Assembly (NCBI RefSeq): GCF_009914755.1
Contig: NC_060926.1
Origin: the human T2T-CHM13v2.0 reference genome, Homo sapiens
Length of the DNA: 64,000 nt
Strand: one strand, 5' to 3'
The notes under the pieces are model-generated. The model had not been told where the DNA came from and ran no database searches. It saw only the letters and a list, made by a program, of their open reading frames with translations. Each line of letters opens with the position of its first letter. The stretch's first letter is position 1. Shown here piece after piece: positions 28,754-41,449 of this stretch. Position numbers and translations under genes: made by a program.

Positions 28754-29959
28754 AGAGTGTTAAGACTTCCTGAAAATTAGAATAGTTGAAACCTCTCCTC
28801 CAACTCTTCCTCACGTTCAATTTCCCATATCGTTCTTCCTCCTCTTCACTTCTGCTGTTCTTAAACAACCCATTTCACATGGCCCCTCCTTTTTGAAGTC
28901 CCCTCTGGTTATGACGTCACGCAGTGATCTTTTCTTCCTCTGAACAACCTAGTTCTTATTGACACGGTTCTTGTAGTGCTTTGCACTGTAGTTATTTGTG
29001 TCAATTCTTTTTAACCTTATGAGATTTTAGGTTCCATGAACAATGTTACTACACCATATTTTCTAACTTCCATTTTCCCTTTGTGGAATGCTGGCTTACA
29101 TATAGTAAATACCTATCAAAACACCTGGTAAGTAAACCAGTGAATTAGGAAATGGCTGGTTTCCCTTTGGTTCTTTCCGGTTAAGTCCTAGCACCATGTT
29201 TACTACCTTTGTCCCCTTAGTTCCAAATCATGAATAAAGCTAAAAAAAAAAATCCTATACTTAGGTATCCTTTGGCTATGGCCGTGAACTCTTTAAGAAA
29301 GCTCAGAAACAATGAGGACACTGTCAGCTACCTCATTTCAATTATCAAGGCCTGGGGGAAAGTTCTTTTTATTGATAGTTTCTGCACTGTCCTAATGTTG
29401 CATCATTCTCCAGAAACAGTTCTTTGCTAAAATTGGACATGCAAAGATTACTTTTCTATTTGATGAACTTCAACACCCCCATCAACAGTTACTAGAGTCA
29501 CTTATGTGTGATGGTACAGATATTGCATAGCTGTTTTTTGTAACTGAAAGCATATGATCAGAAAAAGAGGCCATTACCAAGAATTATTCTCTAGGCTGCA
29601 TGTTAAATCTAAAATCAAATTACAGTTTAATCGACTATTTCATAGTAATTGCAGCATTTTTAAAAAGGAGTGACACAATTATTTAGGCAAGTGATGTAGA
29701 GGATTAAGTCCAGTATGTAATTTAGAGAAGAAAGAAAAGGAGAGAAATGTGTCTCTCTTTCCTTATAACTCAGAAGTGATAAAAACAACAGTAATATTTG
29801 AATATAGTCCCTTATCGTCCCTCATGATAGGACAAACAATTAGTAATATTCTGTGAAATTTGGAACCACATTTATATCTTATTTTGCCTAAATGACAGGT
29901 GGGGTACACTGGTGCAGAGTAAGGGACAATGGGATTTTCCAATGGAATAGCCCACACCT

Positions 29960-30248
29960 AACCATTGGCCAATACAGGAGCCAACAGCCACATGTAGCTA
30001 TTGAGCATATGAAATGAGGCTCCTCCAAATTAAGATCTGCTGTAAATAAAAATAAGCACTGTATTTTGTGGAGATCTTATAAAAAATGATGTAAATTATC
30101 TCTTCAATACCATCTTATATTATTAGCTTTGAATTGATAATATTTTGGAGACATTGGGTTAAGTAAGCTATATTGTTATAACTAATTTCAGCAGTTTCTT
30201 TTCACTTTTTAAATGTAGCTCTCATTATATTTCTGTTGTACAGTGTTG
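29960..30248. mobile_element. MER33 (hAT-Charlie non-autonomous)
   Basis: AGCCACATGTAGCTATTGAGCA...GATAATATTTTGGA...CATTATATTTCTGTTGTACAGTGTTG. Confidence 0.78.
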
Positions 30249-30429
30249 GCCTAGACCATGACTCTATTTATTTAAACAATTGCCCAATATACATTTATTG
30301 AATTATAAATCCATAAAGTGCCTCAAAAACCTATTGGAATGACCCAACATGAACATCATGAAATGAGAATTAGATACCAATGTTCAAGTAAGGTGAAACA
30401 GGTAGTTTTCCTGAACTTAACTGCATTCA

Positions 30430-30630
30430 TTAAGAGCACTTCTCAGGTTACTTAGCATATCTTTTCAATTTGCTCCATAGAATCATACTAGTCATACATT
30501 TTCATCTTCAATGTTCAGATGAGAACACATCTGGGGCACAGTAAGGAGGACCGATTGAGGGTCACACAGTCAGTATTGGCAAAACTGGGCCCGAAACACA
30601 AATCTTTGTCTCCAGATCTTTTATCTTGAG
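30430..30630 (-). mobile_element. MIR
   Basis: CAGATGAGAACAC...GGTCACACAG. Confidence 0.55.
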
Positions 30631-31780
30631 TTCATTGGCATTAGGACTAAAGTTTAATCATGTGTTGCATTAGTCAAGGGCCTACAGAAAAATAGAACCC
30701 AAGGGATCAGAGAAGGTGCATGGGGTCCTTTAAGGACACTGAGGATCTCCTTCCAAGTGTAGCTGTTACAGCCCTGGGAAAGGGTGTACCCTGCCGCCTC
30801 TCCTAGGGTGGGTGAGCAGGTCTCACACAATAAATCCTCTCTCTAACATTCCAGTCTCCCTAAGCCTTTGGGTACCTTCCTCTATGGTATACCAAGGCCT
30901 CTCTGGCATTCAGCTTTATTTAATGCAGGCCACCTTTTCGTTTGTGTTTCAGCCAACTAATCAAACAGTTGGAACCTTTTCTAACCCCATGAGCTACAAG
31001 GTTGAATCTAAAATTTCTGCTTGGTAGGCCCATGTCAATACATTAGGCCTGATCTAATTTATGTTTCTTCCATTATACCACACCCTTATATCCATGCTTA
31101 CATATATTCTATGGATTTTTGTTTGTATAAACTGAACAATCATGTAGTTCTTTTGGAGTGTTGCATATCTATTCATAGTTCATACTTTGTACTTGAGTCT
31201 AGTTATGGGTCTAGAAGTAAAGAAGGGAAGCAGAAGTAGGGTTGTGAAAAGAATCGGTAGTATTTTGAAAGGCAAATACCTCAGGGGAAACCATTACAGT
31301 TTTCTTGGGTAAAGCAGGGTGAACATCTCCAGACAGGGTGGAAGGGCTGCTTCTACCAGGAAAAAACTTTCACTCGAATTTTAGGGGTTCAGTGTCCTCA
31401 CCTTAATCAGAATCTTCTCATATGTCTCTATTCCAAATTTCAGGGTCTTGTTTCTTCCCAATTAATGCCTTCACTTTAAAGCAGACACCCGACATGGTTG
31501 GGAAATTCATTTAGTGTTGTAAGTCAACCACTTGGAGGAAAAGACTCTGGTTTGGTTTTCAGCAGCAATTTCAGCTCTGCTGCTACAGAACATAAAAGTT
31601 TTTTTAAGGGCAAACATGGAGACTTTCAAATCTTTTATGCAGCTCTTGATCTGAGAATTTATGTCCCCGAACTTATCCTTTTGTTTCTCCACTTTGTCCA
31701 TTGACATTAGGGCAACCAGCCAATCTCACTCATCACGCTTATTTGTTTGACAAAAATGTTCTGAGATATCAAATACATGA

Positions 31781-32126
<346 letters not shown>

Positions 32127-32314
32127 AGACCTGGGTTCTTATAAGTGTTTAATTAGGAGCATCCAATGGTGATATTTTGTGTATATTTGCTGCCACGTCA
32201 TGCTAGGATTATCAATGCTTTTTTTTACTACTAATTCCTAAAACCCTGAAAGTAATTTAGAGAAATCGCCTTTAAGTTTCCATTCTCCCAGAATAACTTT
32301 CAGTACCAAAATCT

Positions 32315-32825
32315 GATTAATCAGCATTCTCCAGAAAACTAGACCCAATACAATGAATATACGTATATACACACAAACATGTATTCCTATATCTGCATAT
32401 ATATAATATAACATATATGAGCATTTGCATATTGGTTCATGTGTGGCTTATGTGATTTGAGGGCCTTGTAAATGCTAAATCTATAGGGCAAACTGGCAGG
32501 CTGGAAATTTAGATGAGAGTTTATGTTGCAATGTTGATTCTGAAATTCACATGGAAAGCCAGACCGAGGAGACTCAGACAGGGTTACAATCATTAGGCAG
32601 AGTGGTTTCTTCTTTGAGAAACCTTAGTCATTGCTCTTAAGGCCTTCAAGTGATTGGATGAAATTCATCCATATTATGGAGAGTAATCTGCTTTACTGAA
32701 AGTCTGCTGATTTAAAAAGAATCACATTCAACACATTCCTTCATAGAACATCCAGACTGGTATATGACCAAACAACTCGGCACCACAGTCCAGCCAAGTT
32801 GATACATAAAATTAACTATATCACA
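32315..32825 (-). mobile_element. MLT2 (C/D-like) solo LTR
   Basis: TTCTCCAGAAAACTAGACCCAATA...GGCCTTCAAGTGATTGGATG...CAGCCAAGTTGATACATAAAATTAAC. Confidence 0.85.
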
Positions 32826-33027
32826 TGCCTTTAATGATAGAGGTTAAAAAGCTTATAACTGAGTATTTGTGTATTGGCTTCAGCAAATTACTTCATAGAA
32901 CATCCAGACTGGTCTGTGACCAAACAACTCGGCACCCAGCCAAGTTAACACATAAAATTAGCTATCACATGCCTTTAATGATACAGGTTAAAAGGCTTAT
33001 AACTGAGTATTTGTGTATTGACTTCAG
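32739..33027. repeat. Diverged direct tandem duplication, ~150 bp unit
   Basis: CTTCATAGAACATCCAGACTGG...GTATTG(G/A)CTTCAG at 32739-32883 and 32891-33027. Confidence 0.95.
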
Positions 33028-33149
33028 TCATTAGAAACAGAGGATACCGTAAGTAGTAGTTGCAATATGATTGTCAATTTTTACCGAAAAACCCACCTCC
33101 CTGGATTATGGTGATGAGAATTTAGGAGTCTCAGAATAGTCAGAAAACA

Positions 33150-33360
33150 ACAGCTAATATTGAGTGCTTACTAGGTATCAGGGGTTATATTAAATATCGT
33201 GTATTCGTTAATTGATTTTAATTCCCACAAAAGCCCTATAATAGTTGCTGCTATTTTATTTTTAAAAAGATGCACAAAATGGCTGAAGAAATTATCCAAA
33301 GTTTTGAAGCTAGGAACTGGTAGAGCAGGAATCAAACCCAAGCAGTTTGATTCCTGAGTT
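33150..33360 (-). mobile_element. MIR
   Basis: ACAGCTAATATTGAGTGCTTACTA...GGAATCAAACCCAAGCAGTTTGATTCC. Confidence 0.72.
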
Positions 33361-34469
33361 GATGATCTCAGGGAAACAAAGAAGAAAGCGTGTCAGCCCC
33401 CAAAATACTTGTGAGTCTAGTGGAAAAGGAAATTATCAGTATTTGCAGATTAACCTTGATAAAACATAAGATTCAGGTGCTCTCAATTATAAAGCCAAAT
33501 CATAATTTCAGCTTTGCAAAGCACTTAAGGAAAAATGAACATACTATTTATGAGCTACAGGCTGAAATATAGACATGTCTTCTTAAAATTAGAGATGTAA
33601 TACTTACATACTATATATAGCATATATGCATATACTATGTGTAGATGTTTAACAGTAAATGGTTAAGATGATTGTTAAGGGTGTGAACTATATCTCCAGA
33701 ATGGAAAAACATAAACTTTAAAGAGTAAAAACAAAAAGAAAACAAAACAAAAGCCCCAATGCAAAAAAGCTAGGAGGTCTAATATTCCCTTTGATAAAAA
33801 GAAGTGCTTTTAGAAAATACAGGTCAACAGTGCTCATTCTTGGATTTTGTTTGAGCAACTAGAGAGGAAAGATGAAAAGATAGAGAAAAAAAAACCTCTA
33901 GTTTTGAAGAAAATCCGTTTATATAAGTTGTATTGAGTTGTTTTCTGCGATACAGCCTAACCTAGCTGTTACACCAGCAGACTTCCAGAAACCATCGCTC
34001 AACTGTGTTGTTATTTGGCTTGCGGAAAATAGGTTGGAGTCTAAAGCAGGGCCTTTAATGTCATTCTATTGGATTTTGGAATTCTGCTCTCCAGTTATTG
34101 TTCTTTGTTGCCAGTCCAGAGGTATAAAGTGACTGGGCGTCTGTAGCTCTACCTAGTGGCAACTTCATTCTGCTGAGAAGTGACATTCTTTCAGCATCCA
34201 GTTGGAGGGAGACATGTTTAGAAGCTGCTGAGAGAGAATATTCAGAAGTGCTAAAAAGAGGCCTCGCTAGTGTCACAGAGGCTTTTTTTCTGGGAGTCTG
34301 ACTAGGGATCACATGTGTTTTAGAGCCTAGGTTGTTAAGCAGCTCGTTATATATGATATTTTGAAATCCCTTCACTAATTATCAAGAGATAATTTTAAGC
34401 ATCTACTACAAGCAGAGCGTGCTACTCTACTGAGAGCTGTAGGAATTCAAACGTCTTTTTCTCTTTTAT

Positions 34470-34750
34470 TTCTCTGCCTGGCAAGACTTTTCATCCATCT
34501 GAATACTACTCAAATGTCACCTCCTTTGTAAAGTCAATCAACCCAGGAAAGCAATGTTCTGCCCCCAGTCCTATCCACCTACAGTCCTTTGCACATACAT
34601 TAAATATAGGACCATCATTTTGTGGCATGGTTATCAGACAATGTCAAGCTCCCCATTTAGGACTATGTATCACTTAGAGAAAAAACATATATTCTTCATG
34701 TAGGCATTCCCAGAGCCCAGAGATACTGGATTTTGCCTTCTCAATATTTA
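34470..34750 (+). mobile_element. L2 3' fragment
   Basis: CTCAAATGTCACCTCCTTTGTAAAG...TTCCCAGAGCCCAG. Confidence 0.6.
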
Positions 34751-34817
34751 GATACAGTAGAGTTCTCTGTTTTGTCTTTTATTTCATTTTAATTGGGGAA
34801 TAAATAAAGTAAAAAGA

Positions 34818-35137
34818 GGCAGGTGTAGTGGCTTACACCTGTAATCCCAGCATTTTGGGAGGCTGAGGCAGGATTGCTTGAGGCCAGAAGTTGGAGCTAG
34901 TCTGGGAAAGACAGTGAGACATCCATATCTACCAAAAAAAAAAAAAAAAAAAGAAAAGAAAGAAAAGAAAAAGCCAGTCATGATAGCATGTGCCTGTAGT
35001 CGCCTGTAGTCTCAGCTGTTTGGGAGACTGAAGCAGGAAGATCATAGGAGCCAAGAATTTTGAGGCTGCCATGAGCCATGATCATACCCCTGTACTCCAG
35101 CCTGGGTGACAGACTAAGACCCCATCTTTAAAATAAT
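34818..35137 (+). mobile_element. AluJ with expanded middle A-rich linker
   Basis: TSD AATAAAGTAAAAAGAG on both sides; A19/(GAAAA) linker; local GCCTGTAGTC duplication. Confidence 0.93.
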
Positions 35138-35511
35138 AATAAAGTAAAAAGAGAGAAGGATCAGAATATGTGAAGAAAAATTTGGAAAACTGCAGCATCT
35201 AGAAAATATGTGATTTTTAAAAGTATATTAATGCCTAACAGAGAAATAGAGGAAGAAGCTGTCCATTTTTGAGAAACTACAATCAGTAACAACAATAATG
35301 GGAAATTAATAGCTGCAATTTGTTGAATAGCTGCCAGTTCAGTATGTGACTTCTGTAACAGCAATTCCTTACAAGAACCCCATGAGGTAGGTGTCATTAT
35401 CCCAATTTAACAGATAATAAACAAGGGCACATTAGTTCACACAACTGAATATCTGAATCATTTTGGAAGATTTTAAAAATAAATTATGGTTGGGCCTTAT
35501 ACCAGAGCAAC

Positions 35512-36193
35512 TGTGATCAAGCCTGCTCTGCTAGCTGTGCAAAAAGTTCCCTCCTTCTCTATTTCCAGAGTCGTTACAGTGGAGATATGGAAGAACAGCC
35601 AGGGAAAATATTTCCCAGCCTCCTTTGCAACTTGGTGAGCCAAGCGAGTTAGTGGAACCTGAGCAGAAGTGATGTGTGTCAGCTCTCAAACTGCACATGC
35701 CCGATGACTCCACGAAGCAATCTACCTCTTACCTTATTAGAACCTAGACATGGCAATCGAGCCTTGATCATGCTGGTGATTTAAAGGCCTTAGATCCATG
35801 TTGTCCAAAACAGTAACTACTGGCCACATGTGGCTGTGTAAATTTAAGTGAATTAAATTTAAATCAAAGGACAAATTTGGTTCCTCAATCACACTAGCCA
35901 TTCTTCAATCACTCAAGTGTCATCTGTGATGAGTGGCTATTGTATTGGACAGCATGGATATAGACTTTCCATAACTGCAGAAAGTTCTCTTGGGCAGCAC
36001 TGCCCCAGAGGGTGAAGTAGCCCCCAGGATGATACAGGAAAGAGCCTGCATCTGCTTGAATCTCCGTGTGTAGAGATCCACCTTCTGATCTAGACCCTTG
36101 GACTGTTACATGACTAAGAAAGATTTTCTTTTAATAAATCATAAAATTTAGGGGCCCTATTTGTTGTAACACTTAAGACCACCTTAACTTTCA
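35512..36193 (+). mobile_element. Old MLT1 (H/I/J-like) LTR interrupted by MER3
   Basis: ATTTCCCAGCCTCCTTTGCA...GCAGAAGTGATGTGTGTCA...CTATTTGTTGTAAC. Confidence 0.65.
35797..36002. mobile_element. MER3 (hAT-Charlie non-autonomous)
   Basis: TTGTCCAAAACAGTAACTACTGGCCACATGTGGCT...GCAGAAAGTTCTCTTGGGCAGCACTG. Confidence 0.85.
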
Positions 36194-36264
36194 AACCAAC
36201 AGAATCTAATTTTCTGAAGATGGTATCTATACCTCAGTATGTAAAAAAAATATAACCCAGGGAC

Positions 36265-37710
36265 AGGAGTGAAAGGAATGGCATCAGCAAATTGTCAGAC
36301 AGGCAGCTCCAAGCTCCTGTCCACCCACGGAAACATCAAACATCAAATAGCAAACAGAACTGGTCAGGAAAAGCTTTCAAAGAACTCTAGAAAACATACA
36401 AAGGCTTACAGCAACCAAGGGGATGCTGAGCCAACAAAAAGACCGCTTAAAAATGGTAGGAAAGCTCTATGACATTTTTACTTGTCCTTGTTCCACTCCC
36501 TTTCTTGACTTGGCAGCATTCAGGAAAACAGAAGCCCAGGTTCCCAGTGAGGGCCATTGGTGCCTGATTCTGGAAAGAGTAGAGCAGAGCAGAGTTTATT
36601 AGCAAATTATTGTGTATGCCTGTTCTAACTTGCCCAGGAGCTACCTGAAGGACAGATGCAAGGTGCTCCTCTGTGTGTCACATAATCTGGAATTTACTGA
36701 GGCCTGAAAAGCTGTAGGCATTGCTCAAAAAACACTAGCAACCCACAGATGCATGGAGCAAAAGATTAGGTGGAGACATGCAATAGGCCATGTAAGGCCC
36801 TGAAGGAACAGTGAGGTAGAGTTTCTTTGAAAAATCTGTGCATTCAAAAGCAGGTTGTATAAGAGAAACTTTAGAAAGCCATGCACATGCTCAGAGATGC
36901 CCTGAGAAGAACCTCAGCTTTCAGATCACACTCATCCCTCAGCTCAATGCACAACTCCTAAGTGTTGAAAGAATTCTCTAGCACAGGGATGATCTGCAAA
37001 GATTGAGAGTGATGTTTGTTTGTTTGTTTCTTGTGTGTGTGTTCTGTTTTGTGCTCTCTCAGTCTCTCTCTCTCTCTCTCTCTTTATTTCTCTCTCTGGC
37101 TCTCTCCTGTTGAAGGAAATCTGCTAAAACTAGCTGAACAGCAGTTAGGGAACAGAGATTACAGTGACCACACATGATAAAGAACACAATCTTTCAAAAA
37201 TAATTTTTAAAAGTTACTAAACGTGTGAACTACTACTGTTGTCGACAATCAGAAAAAAATAGCAAAACCAAAGGAAGGGAGAGTATATGATTTACAAGGT
37301 TACTACATTATAATATTCAAAAGTCCAGCTTTCAACAAAATATCAGGAAACATACAAAGAAACAAAGCCATAGTTCCTTCAAAGGAACACAATAAATTGT
37401 TATTTATGATTCCAATAAATTACAGAAACCATCCCTGAGGAAGCCCAGACATGAGACTTACTAAATATCATTAAAGAGCTAATTGAAAACATGGACAAAT
37501 AAGAAAAGATCAGGAAATTATATATGAAAAATGACATTGTTAGTAAAAATATAGAAATTTTCATGTAATATATACAGAGATTTTGTTGGAGATGATGAAA
37601 AAGTTTTGGGAATAGTGGTAATGGATGTACAACATTATAAATGTCATTAATGCTCCTGAATTTTCCACTTAAAATGGCTAAAATGACAAATTATACATGA
37701 ATTTTACCAT
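36265..37710 (+). mobile_element. Old L1 (L1M/L1MB-type): 5' region joined to a terminal 3' UTR fragment
   Basis: 5'-type sequence to ~37560 (ACAGAAACCATCCCTGAGGAAGCCCAGACAT), then GATGATGAAAAAGTTTTGGGAATAGTGGTAATGGATGTACAACATT...CACTTAAAATGGCTAAAATG. Confidence 0.75.
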
Positions 37711-38905
37711 CATATATCATTAAATACCAAAATGCATTCGAAGGTTCACAAAGGTTCCTTTGGAAATTTATTTTACACACATGCGAAGTTGTTCCCTGTT
37801 ACTAAGCAGTGATAGGATTTAAATGATTATATCAAGGAGTGCCTAATAGAGTTCTTAGCATATACGTAGTCTGTTCTCAATAAATAATTCTTAAATTGTG
37901 TATAAATGCAAAAATTTTGACTAAACCACAGACATACACATCTGGAGTCTCTAAGGAATGGCCAACATTGGCCAAATTAGATCACACTGACATTAGTTTC
38001 CACTCTGTCACACACTTGCACAGATACACACACACATGCACACATTTTATTTCTTGCCTAATTCTTCCAATTCCATTTCAAGTATGACAGCAGTACAAGT
38101 ATAGGAACAATTAGAAGAGGATAATTGGACATGGAATCAAGTTGTAAAACAACAACGTTGTCAAAAAAGGAGTGTTTTAGAAGTTCCAAACAGAAGATGA
38201 TTAATGGTCAAAGACCAAAGTTCACATGCAGGTAAAAATGAGAGAAAATGATATTTTGAATGTGGCCGGAAAACAAAAGAGAATGGGGAATGTCTGTAAT
38301 AGCAACAACTGCACATGTAGAAAGAAAAACTTAGAAGATTTAGAAAGCTGTAAAGCTTAGAGTTAAGGGTGAAGTGTATACCACTATATTTTAGTATATA
38401 ACCTATAAAATTGTAGGCGCTTTTAATATGCAAAAATAACAAATAGCACCAGGAGGTAGAAAAGTAAATAGAATAGGGAAGACAAAATATTGTCATGCAC
38501 TTGTAACATTCTAGCAAAGTACTGAGCTCAAAAATAAAATTTAATAAATATTTGACCACTGAATGATATATTAGTTCATGAATTCTTAACAAGTGATAAA
38601 ACTATTCATTTAGGGCTAAAGCAGTGGAAAATAAAAATATCTCCAAGAGAAGCCATGATTTATGTCATCACTGGCTTCAGTAATACATGGCATGGAAATG
38701 GCAATGGAACACTGGAGGCCAGGAAAGAGGGGAACAGAGAACCACCACAGGATACCCAGGAGCATGAAATTGGGATGAGATGGAAGTGACAGTGGCTTCC
38801 TGGAGAAAAAGGATAGAAGTTGATGATTAGAAAACATATTGAATAAGGATAAAGCTGGACTTTTTTGAAACAAAAGAAGCATAGTTAAAATTATAGTATG
38901 CATGA

Positions 38906-39202
<297 letters not shown>

Positions 39203-40631
39203 TTATAATACACATGATCTTAATTACCAGTAATTTTTAGAATTTTAGGATTGTAAGCTGATGCACACTGGTAAATGATATTATCATATCTTCCACTTCG
39301 TTTCCGGAGACTTGGAAATATATGAATTGATATTCCTCAAAGGGAAGAAGATGAGGATTGAGAGTAAATCAGGAATGACTTTTAGTTGTTTTGTTAAATA
39401 AATAATTCATCTGTGCAATTACATCTTTCCATCCACAGAGTCAGAGACAGTGCTGAATATAGATTATAACAAATTGGTGAGGGGAACACAGACATATCAG
39501 CGTAATTAATAGTAGTAACAAAAACATGGCATGAGAGACTTTTTCAGAAAATATACAACACAGGTTATTAATATAGGAATTCCAAGGGTTTCTACTTCTT
39601 CCCCCGCCCCACCTTTTTTAGAATATTATACCTTAAGACAGCATGTCTGGTTTAAAACTGAAAGAATGTGAAACCCTTGGGAATAGCGATACACTTCAAT
39701 GACAGGACTCAGGCTGATGCTGGGCAGAACCAAAATGTCTTTGAAATATCCAAATAATAATATTTCTGGTAAAAATATATTTTATATGCCTTACTGTCAA
39801 AAGCTATAAATACAGAGTTATTCTACAGTTATCAATGCCATCATGAATATATTTTTGCTTTTTTCCAGTTCCTTAAGAAAGTGTTGTCAACAGCAATTAA
39901 AGAGCCTTGTGCTTATTTCACTTGGGAGAGCAAATGCACAAAACCTGAGCTAATCTCAAGTCTGGATTTAACAGTAAGATTAATTTGCTTGCTCCTGAGC
40001 CACATGGAAGGTTTTATTATGAAGCGAGCTCTGAAAGAATTTCAGCTCAGTATGTCATGCAAAATGTTTAGACTTTTGTTTATATACGCTTTCATAATTT
40101 ACATAACAAACAGGAATATAATAAACTAGTCCAAAATTCCAAGGAATCAAAAATCCAGCTCTGTGGCTATTGGAGGATAATCCATGAATTTCTACAACAC
40201 TGGAAATGTTCAGTAAATATTATTTTGGAGGAACATGATAATTAAATATCAATAAAATTTCTGACAGCAAAATGGAGGGTGACATGGAGATTTATTACAG
40301 GTCATTTCTTCAGTAGTGTTCTGCATTTGCACAAACTCCAATCTTTCTTAAATAAGGGTGTTAAAAGGCTGTAAGGCACCTAAGGGAATGGGAGCATCTC
40401 ACTGAACCTAGAATATTCTTTTATGAAGTCTTTTGTGTCTTGTTACATGATTTGTTTTCTTTAGGGGAACTAGTCAAACTCATATCATATCTCCATGTCT
40501 TCTGCTCAGAATTTCTGTGTACAGCTTCTTATCTTAAAACAATTGAAATTGCATCTCTATTTTGTGAGAAAGGAAAATCGTATGTTCGTGAGGGTTTAAG
40601 ATTCTGTATTTTCTGAAGAGATGAGACAGTA

Positions 40632-41449
40632 CAGTTTGAGCATCCCTAATCAGAAAACCCAAAATTCCAAATGCTCCCAAATCCAAACATTTTGAGTGCT
40701 GTCATGATAACACAAGTAGAAAATTTTACACTTTTCCTCAGGTGATGGGTCACAGTCAGCACACAGACACACAACATACCGTTTATCCAGCATCCTCATG
40801 AGGAAGGTGCCTCCTCATCCCTAGAAGACCCGTTTCCTGGATCCCTCCACCACTTCCGATGTTTCTTCTTACTTAAAAAAATTCAGTGTACAGTAACCTT
40901 TTAATCAAAACACAGCACCACAGGTGGAGACTGAAAGCTGCCATGGTTTGCTGTTGCTGTTGCTTAAGAGCTGATACAGGTGTCCGATGAGGCTACTGTG
41001 CTTCCTAGTTACCTTGGACACGTTAGTTTTTACTGTTTTATTTTCTGGCATATTATTTACTGTTAAGTACTTACATGTGAATAAATATAAGAACATGATT
41101 GCTTATTGGTAGCATGTAAATCCAGAGCCAAGAAGGATGGTGGTGATAAACAACCACAGGTGGTCCACATGCATGGCTGAGACAGTGACACCTTTGCTTT
41201 CTGATGGCTCAATGTACAAGAACTTGGCTTTATGCACAAAATTATTTTTAAAATTATATAAAATTACCTTCAGGCTATGCATATAAAGTGTATTTAAAAC
41301 ACAAACAAATTTCATGTTTAGACTTGGGTCCCATCCCCAAAATATCTCATGATTTATATGCAAATAGTCTCAAATCCAAAAAAAAAAAAACTTCCCAAAT
41401 TGGAAACACTTCTGGTCCAAAGCATTTTGGATGAGAGATACGCAACTTG
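40632..41449. mobile_element. Tigger4 (Zombi) deletion derivative with both TIRs
   Basis: TA|CAGTTTGAGCATCCCTAATC...GGATGAGAGATACGCAACTTG; TTTAGACTTGGGTCCCATCCCCAA. Confidence 0.85.

Larger units (their letters stand above)
26620..29150 (+). mobile_element. Fragmented L2 hosting MLT1, MER2 and AluJ
   Basis: Pyrimidine-rich L2 motifs (TCCAGCTCCACATTTCCAGC, CTTAGTCCAGGTCCCTATT, TTTTAGGTTCCATGAA). Confidence 0.55.
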
